Below the pieces are notes generated by a model. The model was given only the letters and a program-made list of their open reading frames with translations, ran no database searches and was not told the DNA's origin. A stretch of 64,000 nt of DNA, taken from positions 2,480,001 to 2,544,000 of the forward strand of contig JAMWBK010000002.1 in the NCBI GenBank assembly GCA_029953675.1, given 5' to 3'. The position numbers and the translations under genes are program-made. Shown here piece after piece: positions 12,776-23,306 of this stretch (its first letter is position 1; each line of letters begins with the position of its first letter). The DNA is from Rhodosorus marinus CCMP1338. Lineage: Eukaryota; Plantae; Rhodophyta.

Positions 12776-14438
12776 ATGGGGAAGGATGGGTTCTTAACCC
12801 CCAAGGCCATCGCCAATCGGATAAAGGCGAAGGGCTTGCAGAAGCTCAAGTTTTATTGTCAGATGTGTGACAAGCAGTGCCGTGACGCGAATGGGTTCAA
12901 ATGTCATAAAGAGTCGGAAGGGCATCAGAGAATGATGCTCTTGTTTGCAGAGAGTTCTGACAAGTATATAAAAGACTTCTCGGATCAGGTGAGGGATCTC
13001 ACATGCTAGCACTTTACTTGTTGCTCTTTGTGTTCGCATACTCACAGTTTGTTTCTACCCACAGTTCCTTGAGGGATACCTGGATATCCTCCGACACAGG
13101 TTTGGCACTAAGCAAGTGAAGGCTAACGCCGTCTATCAGGAGTATATTAAGGATCGTCATCATGTACATATGAATTCAACGAAATGGGCAACATTGTCAG
13201 AATTTGTCGCGTGGTTGGGACGCGAAGGACTTTGTGCAGTAGAAGAGAAGGAAGAGGGATGGTACATTGCCTACATAGACCGAAAGGTTACGGAGAGATC
13301 CCGAAAAGTGAGGAGAACTTAATCCCATTCGCGAAGGTTTGTAGATGCTAATAAACTCTCCTCAATTTTTCCCTTACGTCAGGCTGCAGAGATGGAGGAG
13401 AAGAGACTGAGGGAGGCCGAATTGGCTGACAGAAAAATTGAAAGAAAAATGAAGAAAGCGCGTCTCGAAACGCCCGCGGAAGAAGAAAGGAACACTGAAC
13501 TCGTACGGGACAAAAACCTTACAGTAGGTTGGAGAACGATCATCGCTCATTACTCTGTCGATCATATCTAAAACCCGCGGCTACTCGTCTCTCGGATAGG
13601 TCGGTTTGGAAATCAAGAGCAAGAGGTTCCAGCCGGCAGTACCCTCAGGCGGGTCCAAGAAGGGCGATGTGTTTCGAAACGGACTGCTGAGCGGGGAAGA
13701 AATCGAAGAGCCAAGGAAAAAGAACGATTCAAGCAGGGAGAAGACCTCAGCCTTAGATGAAATCCGACAGGAGCAGGAGAAGCAACAGAGAGCAAAACAA
13801 AGCAAACGGTTTGATAACTGGCTCTTTGAGGGGATTTCAGTGAAGGTACGGCAGGAAAATGCGAAGCCCACAGCCCCGTCGGAGGCTTGGGTGAAGAAGT
13901 TAATGTTCATCGGTCCGGAATGGAGTGTACGATCGTGTCGAGTTAACCAGCTAGTCCAGTTGCTAAACAGAGAGTCTTAAACTTTGCAGATTGTCGACAA
14001 GCATTTAGCCGATGGAAAGTACTACAAGAAGAAAGGAGAGGTCGTAGAAGTTATGGACGAGTTTGTTGCTATTGTCAGGCCATTTGACCACGAAAAAGTG
14101 AAGCTCCAAATTGATCAAGAAGGACTGGAAACAGTGATCCCGAAACCTGGAGGTATCTCTCAAGCATGTTCACCACCTAGCATGTTCACCACCTTGCAAG
14201 CCCCTTCTTGAAGTTCGAGCAGAGTATTTTATTCCTGGTCTGATTCTCGTATATTAAAACTGTTTCGTGCCCAGGTGAGGTCCTCGTTCTGAACGGCTAT
14301 CAACGTGGAAACCGGGGTACTCTGGATGAGATCGACGAAAGGAACTTTTGCGTATCTATCAGAATGCAAGAAGGTCCGATTAAAGGGCGAGTTGTCGAAA
14401 AGGTTTCATACGAAGATGTCTCCCGGTGGTTGGGGTAA
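12776..14438 (+). CDS. KIN17: DNA/RNA-binding protein KIN17 (6 exons)
   Basis: 'MGKDGFLTPKAIANRIKAKGLQKLKFYCQMCDKQCRDANGFKCH', 'HHVHMNSTKWATLSEF' and C-terminal KOW 'IDQEGLETVIPKPG/GEVLVLNG'. Confidence 0.96.
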
Positions 14439-14728
14439 AACAGAGGGGCTCCGGTTAACCTTGGAGCAAAAACATAGATTTCCTACGAGCCTGTTTGATT
14501 TTCGTTTGCGGTTTCTGCAACCCTATTTATTTTCTTTGATTTGCCCACAATATTTCGCTGCCAGTGGGATCTTGGTGCAATCTACTTCATGAAGCCAATC
14601 ATCTTGGGCGGAAAAGAAAGATTGCAATTTGATGTACATAAAGTGAATGAAGAATGACCAGACTCGTAGACTTCAACTCACATACAGTTTGCAAAAAAAA
14701 CAAGAACAGTTTGCAGACGAGTCCAAGT

Positions 14729-16378
14729 TTACTTTCCTCCACCCCCTCTCCTCCTCTTCTTCGAATTGGGCTCGTTGCTGCTTCCTGGAGTGGCCGGGCC
14801 TCCCTTTCGTTGTGAGTTGGGCGTCGATCGTCCGGCGTTGTTCCTGTTATTCGGAGTTTGGTTGCCTCGCTTGCCTGGAGTCTGTCCTGGTTTTCCCGGT
14901 GTACCACCACCACGTGGGGTCTGTTGCTGCTTTCCTGGAGTTCCCTTCTGCTGACCCTTTCCTTGCGCTGATGGCGTTCCCGGTTTACCCCCTTTGGGAG
15001 TAGAGAACTGCTTCCCCTGTGTACCCCCCTTAACTGGAGTTCTGTCCTTAGGCTGAGGAGCTTTTGCAGGTGTACCCTTCCGCTGCTGAATCTGTGTAGC
15101 AAGGCCCAGAAGTGAGATAGATAAGAACCAAGGACGTGGAAACGGACGGTCCGGGAGGTAGAAGACAAATGTTTTCCCAATACCTTTGACTTTGGCTTCA
15201 AGTCTACTTCTTCTTCTTCGTCATCATCATCCTCGTCATCATCATCATCGTCATCCTCGTCATCATCGTCATCATCGTCATCATCGTCATCATCGTCATC
15301 ATCGTCATCATCGTCATCATCGTCATCATCGTCATCATCCTCGTCGTCCTCGTCATCGTCATCGCCGTCCTCCTCCGCAATTGCATCGAGAAGCGATTTT
15401 CCGCTCTTTCCCTTCTTCGCAACTACAGCGGCTTTGGTTTTCTTCAATGCCACCTCCTCTTCATCGTCGTCGTCGTCATCATCATCATCGTCGTCATCAT
15501 CATCATCATCATCGTCGTCATCGTCATCATCATCGTCGTCGTCGTCATCGTCATCGTCATCATCATCTTCATCATCATCGAGGTCAGCGCGACCAAGCTC
15601 CTCAATGGTAACACCTCCCTAAATCCAGAAACGAACTAATCAGCACTTGGACGACCAAATGGTACAAATCCAAGGGAGGCGACCAGCGCAGGAGAAAAGC
15701 GGCATCAATCCGTTTTCGTACCTTTTTAGGAGGAGCTTCAAGAAGTGGCACTTCCTCTTCCTGGTCGTCGTCATCCATATCCATGAACGAGTCTTCGTAA
15801 TCGTCAATTAGATCACTGTCGTCGTCATCATCGTCAGCGTCCTCGTCGTCGCTCATGAGGAAGCCAATATTTCCTGTGAGATGAACCTATTAGATAAGAT
15901 ATCAGTGAAAGACAATAGAGTCAGTCGCGATACCGCAGCAGGTAGGCAAACAGTTTTGTAGAAACGATAGATCTTACAGGATTCGGTCCAAGAACGGAGA
16001 AGCTGCACTCCACCTCTCCAGCAAAATTAATATCAAGCGAGAAGCAGTCCACCTTTCCAGCCGTAAGGACGCACAATGCATAAGTCTTTTCATCGACCGT
16101 AACCTGAACCACTGATCTCGCCCCCTCCTTCCAATCCTTGGAGTAGATCTCAGCTCCGAGCGAAACCATGCTCAGATGCAAGTTCTCGCCCTCCTCCAGC
16201 TGTACAGCCTCGGGCTTGTCAGGCTTAACCTGCAAACCTATCCCAAGTGAAAAGAAGAAACGCGGTTGTCAGCACCATGCCCTCAATGAAGCGGGCCAAA
16301 AGCAGACCATCAAAAAGCGATAAGATCTCAAAAACCCCAAATTGGGAGCACCCACTCACCCCAAAACAACGTCTCCAT
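14729..16378 (-). CDS. Nucleoplasmin-like (HD2/FKBP-NPL type) acidic histone chaperone (5 exons)
   Basis: Spliced N-terminus 'METLFWGLQVKPDKP...LHLSMVSLG..RSVVQVTV..YALCVL...SLDINF..EVECSFSVLGPNP/VHLTG' is an NPL fold signature. It is followed by poly-Asp tracts and a basic TP-rich tail ending KKRRRGGGGK. Confidence 0.82.
15208..15376. repeat. (TCA/TCG)n trinucleotide tract encoding poly-Asp on the minus strand
   Basis: Directly visible imperfect triplet run; lies in the coding frame of the NPL gene. Confidence 0.95.
15454..15580. repeat. Second (TCA/TCG)n poly-Asp tract
   Basis: Directly visible triplet run in the same exon. Confidence 0.95.
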
Positions 16379-18343
16379 CGTCTGCTACGATCCGAAAGAC
16401 ACCACCAATCCAACCACACGTGATACCCGATCAAAGGATCTGCACTCCCTCGTGTTTAAAAAGAAAAACCCTGGAAACCCAGAAGAAAACCGGATTCCAA
16501 CCAACAAATACGGGCTACAGTTTTTGCAATACAAACATATCCAAAACTTTTCATCAGGCTGACCACCCCCTTCCCCATCCCAATAGCCGGCGCCCAGCAC
16601 TCTATCTAACGATGAACATCCCCCTCACCATCCGCGTGACCCGAAACCCTCCCAAAAGGAGCAACCGGTAAAAGCAATGACTTCCAATATTTTTAGAGGC
16701 CTCTCCTTCCAAAGTCCAACTTCCATTGCCAATGAAACAAATGAAACCAAAATCCACCACCCCTCAATACTATTTACAATCTGCTTGGTCAGGTCGGTTT
16801 ACAAAACAAAAACCCTTTAATTATTTCTTCAATATCCTTATTCTTATTTTCAGCATATTTTCTGGGAGGGTTACTCGTTTGGAATGGAACCCCCCAGGGT
16901 AGAACGACCAAGCTTGCCATTTCGATTTTATTTTTTTTGCTCTCGATTCCGGCGGTGACGGATATTTTTCTTGTCCGTGAATCTGTGTAATTTCTTCTAA
17001 GCAACGTAAAGTTGCTTTTTAAAATATGTTTTGTGACTCAAGTCTTCTTTTAGAATGTGTTTGGAACAAAAACTTCACATTCACGCGAAATTGTCATGAA
17101 TAAGGGTAAGTGAGGTCCTGAAATAGATCTTAAAACGTTTTATGAAATGTGTAGTTTTTGTATTTATATACCGAGTGTTATAAAACTAATTTGCTATTTT
17201 AATCATTTTATTGATAGTTGCGATTATGTTGTGATAATATTGTAAAACTCTGTGAGTTTTACCCTCACCAAATATTTCGAGATGACGAGGCTGTCGCTCT
17301 TACGAGTGGCGAGGCAACTCACGGTTTGAAACAGGTCGACTTAAAGTTTCCTTGGTGCGCAATCCTGACGCATATAACATGACGTGCTTCCTGTTGGACT
17401 GCCCCAGCAAACCCGGACGTGGACTTGTCAATGAGACATGAGAACAGGCTTCCTAGTGTTTCCGGCTGAATACGATCACCCTTCAATGAGTTGGCTTCTT
17501 CAGTTCGACTTGTGCTAACAAATCATCGGCTCGAGAGACTGAGCGTCACTGAGAGTGGAGCAACTCTTGAGACCTATGAAACCCAAAGTTGTTCAGTCAA
17601 CTGAGGAGATGATCGATAATGGACTATGGGTGAATGTTCTCATCGCTCTCCAACCCATCACTGGTCGAGATTGAATCCTGCTGGTTCACCTCAACTTGGG
17701 AAGGTTTCAGTCATGTGGATTGACATTGTCCTACACTGGCGTACATGTGAAGGGAGTCTTCTGGCGAAGCCAAGCAGTAGTTAAAAGCAATTTTCCAGGC
17801 CTTGGTGCCCACCTTTACCGGGAGCGATCCTTCTCAAAGGACGAGCCAACTTTAAAGTCGCAAATCAGGGTATTTCAAAAACTGCTTTTCGAGTTTTATA
17901 GTAAGTATTTCTAGCATTTAAATTCAAACTAGATTTATTGGTGGAAAAATTATCGCCCATAATTTCAATATATTATGACAGTATTCATTTCTTCCTTCCG
18001 TTCTATAACGGCGAGGAAGGATGCATTTAGTAAGAATCTCGCTCGGCGCTCTAGGGTTTGGCTCCGAGACTGGGACGACATAGCAATTGCTCTGGGCTTT
18101 TGGGCGAGATTTTCTCATCATTAATTTAGCTCGGCGCTGTAATACCATATATGGTCTGCATCGAGAGGCTTTTTGGGGATCAACGACTGAAGCGACTGGT
18201 GTTAGAGTCCTGTGGGGTTCGGGTCTGGTTCGTAGGGTTTCATGAGGATCGTATTGGAGAGCCGTTTTCTGGATGGAGTGAAAATCTGCAGCTAACGGAA
18301 AATCAGAGGGATCTGGCAGATTGAGTTTCAGCACTTGCCGAGG

Positions 18344-19636
18344 ATGGCGGACTTTGAGAGCTTCTTTGGCACTGCTGGCCCCTTGGAGGTGACTGTTCAT
18401 GGATCGAACACAAGTCTGGACTGGAAGAGCATTGCTAGGGCGAAGCAGTTTAAGACTGGGAGCTTTGGATGGTATGGGAGCGGCAGGACAAGTTGCAGTT
18501 GGGATGGGGTTGAATCGGATGTGGTTCTGAGTCTAAGCGTGACCGTCCTCGGAAGCAAGAAGAACACCGACGAGCTTGAGAGCAAAGAAGCCTCGTCTAA
18601 GGCTAGGACTCAAACGCTAGACCTTGAGCTCTTTCAGGGACTTTCGAGCGCTGATAGCACAGACTTCGATTTGTCGACAAAGACACCGGCTTACAGGGAA
18701 CAAAATTGTGGGCCAGACCATACTCAAGCGCAGAGCCAGGAGCTGAAAGTACGACCGCACGCAGAAAATCCTCAGCCACAGGGTAACGATGGAAATTCAA
18801 GGCCTGCGCCGGGAGTACCTATCGGTCACGGGACTAAACCAGCTCCTGGTGCGAAGAAGAACCAGACACAGTCGGAACAAGTAAATCGCAACCCCCCCGA
18901 TGCGTGGGGTAATACTGGGTTCAGCACCAGCCATGCCCAAATTCAGAGCTTCCAAGCTGGTCGAACGATAAAGAAACAGGGACCCAGCCCGGGGAGCTCT
19001 GCCGAGAGTAAACCTGTCGGTCGAGGGATTGTGCCGAACGGAGTCTGGGACGATAGGGGGGTGAGCGACAATTTCGCACATGTGGATAGCTACTTTAAGA
19101 GCAAACTTGTCATCACCGAGCCCTATGTGAAGCAGCACTTCAACGAAGTTTTGTTCTTTCCGGACAAATCTGGTAACAACGTGAAGAAAGTTCTCTACTA
19201 CATAAGCTCCTCAAAGAACACTTTAGACGTGTGCGTCTACGCCTTCACAGACGACCGATTCAAAGACGCGCTGCTAGATCTTCACAAACGCGGAGTTCGA
19301 ATAAGAGTGCTATCCGATGAGACGATGTCCAAGGTTAAAGGCGCAGATGCACATGAACTCTTCGTCAACGGCATTCAGGTTCGCCTCGGCGGTGCGAGCT
19401 CGTACACAAGCATGCATCACAAGTTTGCGGTTGTGGATGACACGATCCTCTTGTCAGGCAGCTTCAATTGGACAGTGCAAGGAAGCAAGAAAAATTATGA
19501 GAACGTGATTATCACCTCAGATCCGAGGCTTATCAAAACCTTCTCCTGCGAATTTGGAAGACTCTGGGGTTCAATTGACAAGATTCCGTCCGCGACGGAT
19601 AAGCAACCACCGGAGAAACCAGACGGGAAACCGTGA
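18344..19636 (+). CDS. PLD6/Zucchini/Nuc-like single-HKD protein with extra N-terminal domain; intronless
   Basis: C-terminal 'VLFFPD...LDVCVYAFTD...RGVRIRVLSD...MHHKFAVVD...LSGSFNWT....NYENVII' is the MitoPLD/Nuc fold (HKD at 19415-19438). First in-frame ATG at 18344. Confidence 0.88.
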   Translation: MADFESFFGTAGPLEVTVHGSNTSLDWKSIARAKQFKTGSFGWYGSGRTSCSWDGVESDVVLSLSVTVLGSKKNTDELESKEASSKARTQTLDLELFQGLSSADSTDFDLSTKTPAYREQNCGPDHTQAQSQELKVRPHAENPQPQGNDGNSRPAPGVPIGHGTKPAPGAKKNQTQSEQVNRNPPDAWGNTGFSTSHAQIQSFQAGRTIKKQGPSPGSSAESKPVGRGIVPNGVWDDRGVSDNFAHVDSYFKSKLVITEPYVKQHFNEVLFFPDKSGNNVKKVLYYISSSKNTLDVCVYAFTDDRFKDALLDLHKRGVRIRVLSDETMSKVKGADAHELFVNGIQVRLGGASSYTSMHHKFAVVDDTILLSGSFNWTVQGSKKNYENVIITSDPRLIKTFSCEFGRLWGSIDKIPSATDKQPPEKPDGKP

Positions 19637-19950
19637 GTGCGGCCTCATTCAAAAGCCAGCAGACCAGCGCGTTTGAGCTTTCCGAAGCCGCTCTCCAGGT
19701 TGCCATACCGTGCCGAGAGTCGGCTTCTACCGCTCTGCACAAGATGAGGCAATCGCTTGCGGATTAACGTAAACCCTAGTCGTTCCAGTTGTAGTCGGCT
19801 GCACGTGCGACACAGGAGAGTACCATGGACTCGCAGAAGAGATAATACAGACCGCATATTTATAGAATTAATGAACGCTTTTATTCATTGAACAAAATTT
19901 CTTTACCACAATATAATGGATTGCTGTTTCCGGCTGTACCTGAGAACTTT

Positions 19951-22812
19951 TCACTTTCCATAATCGAATCCTGGGTACCTGTCTACGCACTTGGGCAGCT
20001 CTAGTCCCATTGAGGATGCTCTTGCCAAGTACGCCTTCCAGCTCTTCTCGCAGTCAGCGAGGGAAATCTCCTTCAATCGTAGTTTGTGGGTTCCGGCATT
20101 TTCGTCGGAGCGAAGGCGGTGGTTCTCGTCTCGATATTTGTCACGAACTACGCCCAGAATCTCAAATGTTCGGTTGCTCGGCTTCAGCCCTAGCGTACGA
20201 ACGAGCTCCAAAGACGCAGACTTGGAGAAGACCTCCTCCGATCTAAGATTGAGGAACGTCACCGATTCCGCCTCGCGAAACTTTGAAATCTCCTGAGCAA
20301 CCGCTTCAGTGTTCAGGATATAAGAGTTTATTAGCTGCAGAGGAGTAAGCTCGTAATCCGGAGCGATAGCTGGTGTTTTCGAGTTCACCGAGTTCGCAGT
20401 CTCCATCCACTGATAGCCATCACGATCCGAGAAGAAGCCGGTTTCGTAAATCGATCTCAAAAGAGCCGGAGGCCACTTCCGCAGGTTGATTATCGTTAGC
20501 TGAAAATTTCTTCCAAATTCCCGCAGGACGATGTCATAGTACCACGACTTAAAGTTAGGATTAGTTTCAATATACACAATTGGTCCGCCAGTATTAACAA
20601 GTCGTACGTGTCCACGAAGCCAATGAACAACCTGCAGAGGTACCCCGTTTTGCTTTTCGATAGTTCCGCCCCAGCCTCGACTTGCGGAAACGGGCGTTCT
20701 CTGTGATCGCATCAATGTCTCCAGTTCCTTAAGAATCATCGTATACTTCACATCCTTCCTGTTTCTGTAGCTGTGCGGCAACGAAGTGTTTTGCATCCTC
20801 ATCGCACCACCTGAAGAGCACTTCTTCTCTGGGCAGGCAGGTTCGTGCAAGGATACTACGTTTCCCTCTACTGTTCCTAGCAGATCTGCGAGGTAACGAG
20901 ACCCGCTCCGGCCAGCGTTCACAGAAAATACCATATCTGCGAGCTTGGGAAGGTTGGACTCTGGGATCCATTTCGAATTCAGCAGCGATGCCCTGGTCCT
21001 CATTGCGGACTCTATGACTTCCGAAAGGACTACCAGCCTTCTCGTCTGCAATGCCTCCAGAGCTGCGGATGCGTAGGACAAGGATAACGTCGCAGTTGAG
21101 TCGATGCCAACGACCGAAAGGTGATGGAATACGTTAGCTTTCTCTACCAGTTCCTTCAAAAGTTGTCTTACGTGCGAAGTTGGACGAGATTCATCTTCTG
21201 GGCCGACAAGTAGGACAAACTCAACGTTCACATCCTGCAAAAGATTCACGCCGACCTCAAAACTTTGCCCCTGTCCTTCTTTCACACTTTGAGCGATGAC
21301 GAGCCGTTCTCGAGGATTGGATCCATGAAGCGAGGAAATCAACGTGTTCCGGATATGACGTTCTTCATCCAGCCGATCCGGAAACGTGTTCGTTTGAGCC
21401 AAGCGTGCTGAAGAATCAAGAAAGTCCTGATCAACGGGGCCAAGGAGGACCAAGATGTGCTCAAGCAGCTCCTTTGGCAAAGCATCGTGCAAAACGTACG
21501 TAACACGCCCATGCCGGGCTCGCGGCAACGCAGGTAGGGTTAGCGAGCTGCTATCTTCCTCATCAATAAGTTCCTCCAGAGCATCCCAATCAATGGAAGC
21601 GGATGCGGGTAGTCCCTCCAGAAGCGTCCTAAGGCCACCAGGTGTTTCTCGTCCCCATTTCAGCACCTCTCTTGCTCGCCACGACTCTACTAGAGAGAAC
21701 ATATCGTTTTTCCACATGGAATTAATAACAAGGTCTCTGGGGATTGGGAAGATGTGCTCTTTGGGGAGTAGATTTCCGCTAGGATGGAAGAGGGCGTCGA
21801 AGATCTTCCCTCGAACGGTCGCGTCTGGGACGTTCGCTCTCCTCCCTAGCGCTTCATACCATGCGCTTTTGAGAATGGCGTTTTCTATGCTTGCAAATTT
21901 CATCTCTATGATCTTGCACCTCTCAGTGCCTTGTTTTCCGCGCCCTTTGTTCTTGGGGGGAGTTCCGCACAAGTTTCGGGGGCATTTCAAAGTATGGATT
22001 GATGCATTCTGCTCACCGAGATCGCGAGAAAGCGAGGTTTCCGTGTTGTACATGACCTTCCCGTCGTCAGCGAAAATCACAGTCTGACGTCGCTCCAGGA
22101 AGTTCGTCGAGAAATCCTCCTCCAGAACTCTATGCCAAAAGGGTGACTTCCAAGCCTCCAGCCAGGGAAGGTTTAGGCTTTCACCTGGTTTGAGCTGCAA
22201 GATTCTTTCGCGAAGTGAGCCGTCCCGCACGCAGTTCGCGGAGAAGAACTCATCGTAGTCAAGTAGAACAAAATGGGTACCCCCTGCTTTCCGTCCATAC
22301 TCCAGAAGAATGTTCCGATCCCTCATCTCCTCTCGTCTCTTCCACGGCCCAGTTTTCTTGAGCAGAACCTCCACTTTGTGCTCATGATGGTCCTCAATTA
22401 ACCCAACAGTGTTGTCCTCGGAGTGGTCGTCAAGGACAACCACTGAGTCCACAACCCGACTTATCGCTGTCAGAAAGAACGGAACGGCATTTCTTACGTT
22501 CCGGACCTCGACAAGGGCGACGATCTTGCTTCTAGGAAGATTTCGATTTCCTTTGTACCCATCAGAATACCACGTCACGCTCAAATCAGCTTCGACGGCC
22601 GTCCTTGTGCCTTGAGATCGGAAACGAAACCCTACGGCAACCGCTGCCACGACCGCACCAACGATCGCCAAAAGCGCCAGGAGAGTCTTAGCATTCAAAA
22701 ATCTCTTCAGAGAGGACCGCCGCCTTTTGCTCTTCGAGTTTGGATCCTCAAATAAAGGAATTTCGGGGCGGTTCTCCTTCCGGTTCCCCTTCCTCTTCTG
22801 CATGCGGATCAT
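19951..22812 (-). CDS. Type II membrane protein: GT2-like glycosyltransferase fused to a PAPS-dependent sulfotransferase; intronless, 953 aa
   Basis: Basic cytosolic tail, then TM 'LLALLAIVGAVVAAVAVGF'. GT-A motifs 'VRN....FL......DSVVVLDDHSEDNT', 'RNILLE' and 'FVLLDYDE'. C-terminal P-loop-like 'FSVNAGRSGSRYLADLL', 'SLHEP', 'YIETN' and 'IINLRK' are typical of Sulfotransfer_3-like enzymes. Confidence 0.85.
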   Translation of the reverse strand: MIRMQKRKGNRKENRPEIPLFEDPNSKSKRRRSSLKRFLNAKTLLALLAIVGAVVAAVAVGFRFRSQGTRTAVEADLSVTWYSDGYKGNRNLPRSKIVALVEVRNVRNAVPFFLTAISRVVDSVVVLDDHSEDNTVGLIEDHHEHKVEVLLKKTGPWKRREEMRDRNILLEYGRKAGGTHFVLLDYDEFFSANCVRDGSLRERILQLKPGESLNLPWLEAWKSPFWHRVLEEDFSTNFLERRQTVIFADDGKVMYNTETSLSRDLGEQNASIHTLKCPRNLCGTPPKNKGRGKQGTERCKIIEMKFASIENAILKSAWYEALGRRANVPDATVRGKIFDALFHPSGNLLPKEHIFPIPRDLVINSMWKNDMFSLVESWRAREVLKWGRETPGGLRTLLEGLPASASIDWDALEELIDEEDSSSLTLPALPRARHGRVTYVLHDALPKELLEHILVLLGPVDQDFLDSSARLAQTNTFPDRLDEERHIRNTLISSLHGSNPRERLVIAQSVKEGQGQSFEVGVNLLQDVNVEFVLLVGPEDESRPTSHVRQLLKELVEKANVFHHLSVVGIDSTATLSLSYASAALEALQTRRLVVLSEVIESAMRTRASLLNSKWIPESNLPKLADMVFSVNAGRSGSRYLADLLGTVEGNVVSLHEPACPEKKCSSGGAMRMQNTSLPHSYRNRKDVKYTMILKELETLMRSQRTPVSASRGWGGTIEKQNGVPLQVVHWLRGHVRLVNTGGPIVYIETNPNFKSWYYDIVLREFGRNFQLTIINLRKWPPALLRSIYETGFFSDRDGYQWMETANSVNSKTPAIAPDYELTPLQLINSYILNTEAVAQEISKFREAESVTFLNLRSEEVFSKSASLELVRTLGLKPSNRTFEILGVVRDKYRDENHRLRSDENAGTHKLRLKEISLADCEKSWKAYLARASSMGLELPKCVDRYPGFDYGK

Positions 22813-23306
22813 TCTTGATCATACTTGTTTCCCCCCAAACCCCGTCGTGATTCGCTTCTCAGCTCTCATGCTCGTGTTCCTAACAGGAAAGACAACATCA
22901 GCCTTACCTCCAACAAGCCTTTAGTAGTGTTACGGAGTTATCTCCAAAAGACTTTCATAAATGCAGCATACCCTCACTCCAACCTCCTCAATACGGAAAG
23001 CCTCTTGCGCATGGAAACCCCAACACTTTCCTGACAGACTGAGAAATTCCAAATTCCAAACTCGGAACAGCACTGAGGGTGAAGAAAAGACTTTCCAGTT
23101 AATGAGGAGGGTTAATTGAGTCCTTAGGACCCGGAAGCTTCATCCATCGGACTATCGTGCCATAGTTTGAGCCTCGACGAAACCCAACGTTGTTGTTGTT
23201 ATTTTTCTACCAGATGCATCGCATTAGTTTCAAGTTGGACAGGTCAAACTTTACGAAAGAAGGTGCCTCCGACTTTCAATCGTCGGCAAAACAAATATCT
23301 GATCTC

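Noticed and set aside
15186-15622. Plus-strand ORFs encoding poly-His/Arg or poly-Ser, and the minus-strand poly-Met/Thr ORF
   Set aside because: They are alternative-frame or antisense readings of the poly-Asp triplet tracts of the NPL gene.
17924-18400. 158-aa minus-strand ORF overlapping the PLD 5' end
   Set aside because: No recognisable motifs and it overlaps a better-supported gene on the opposite strand. It cannot be supported without transcript data.
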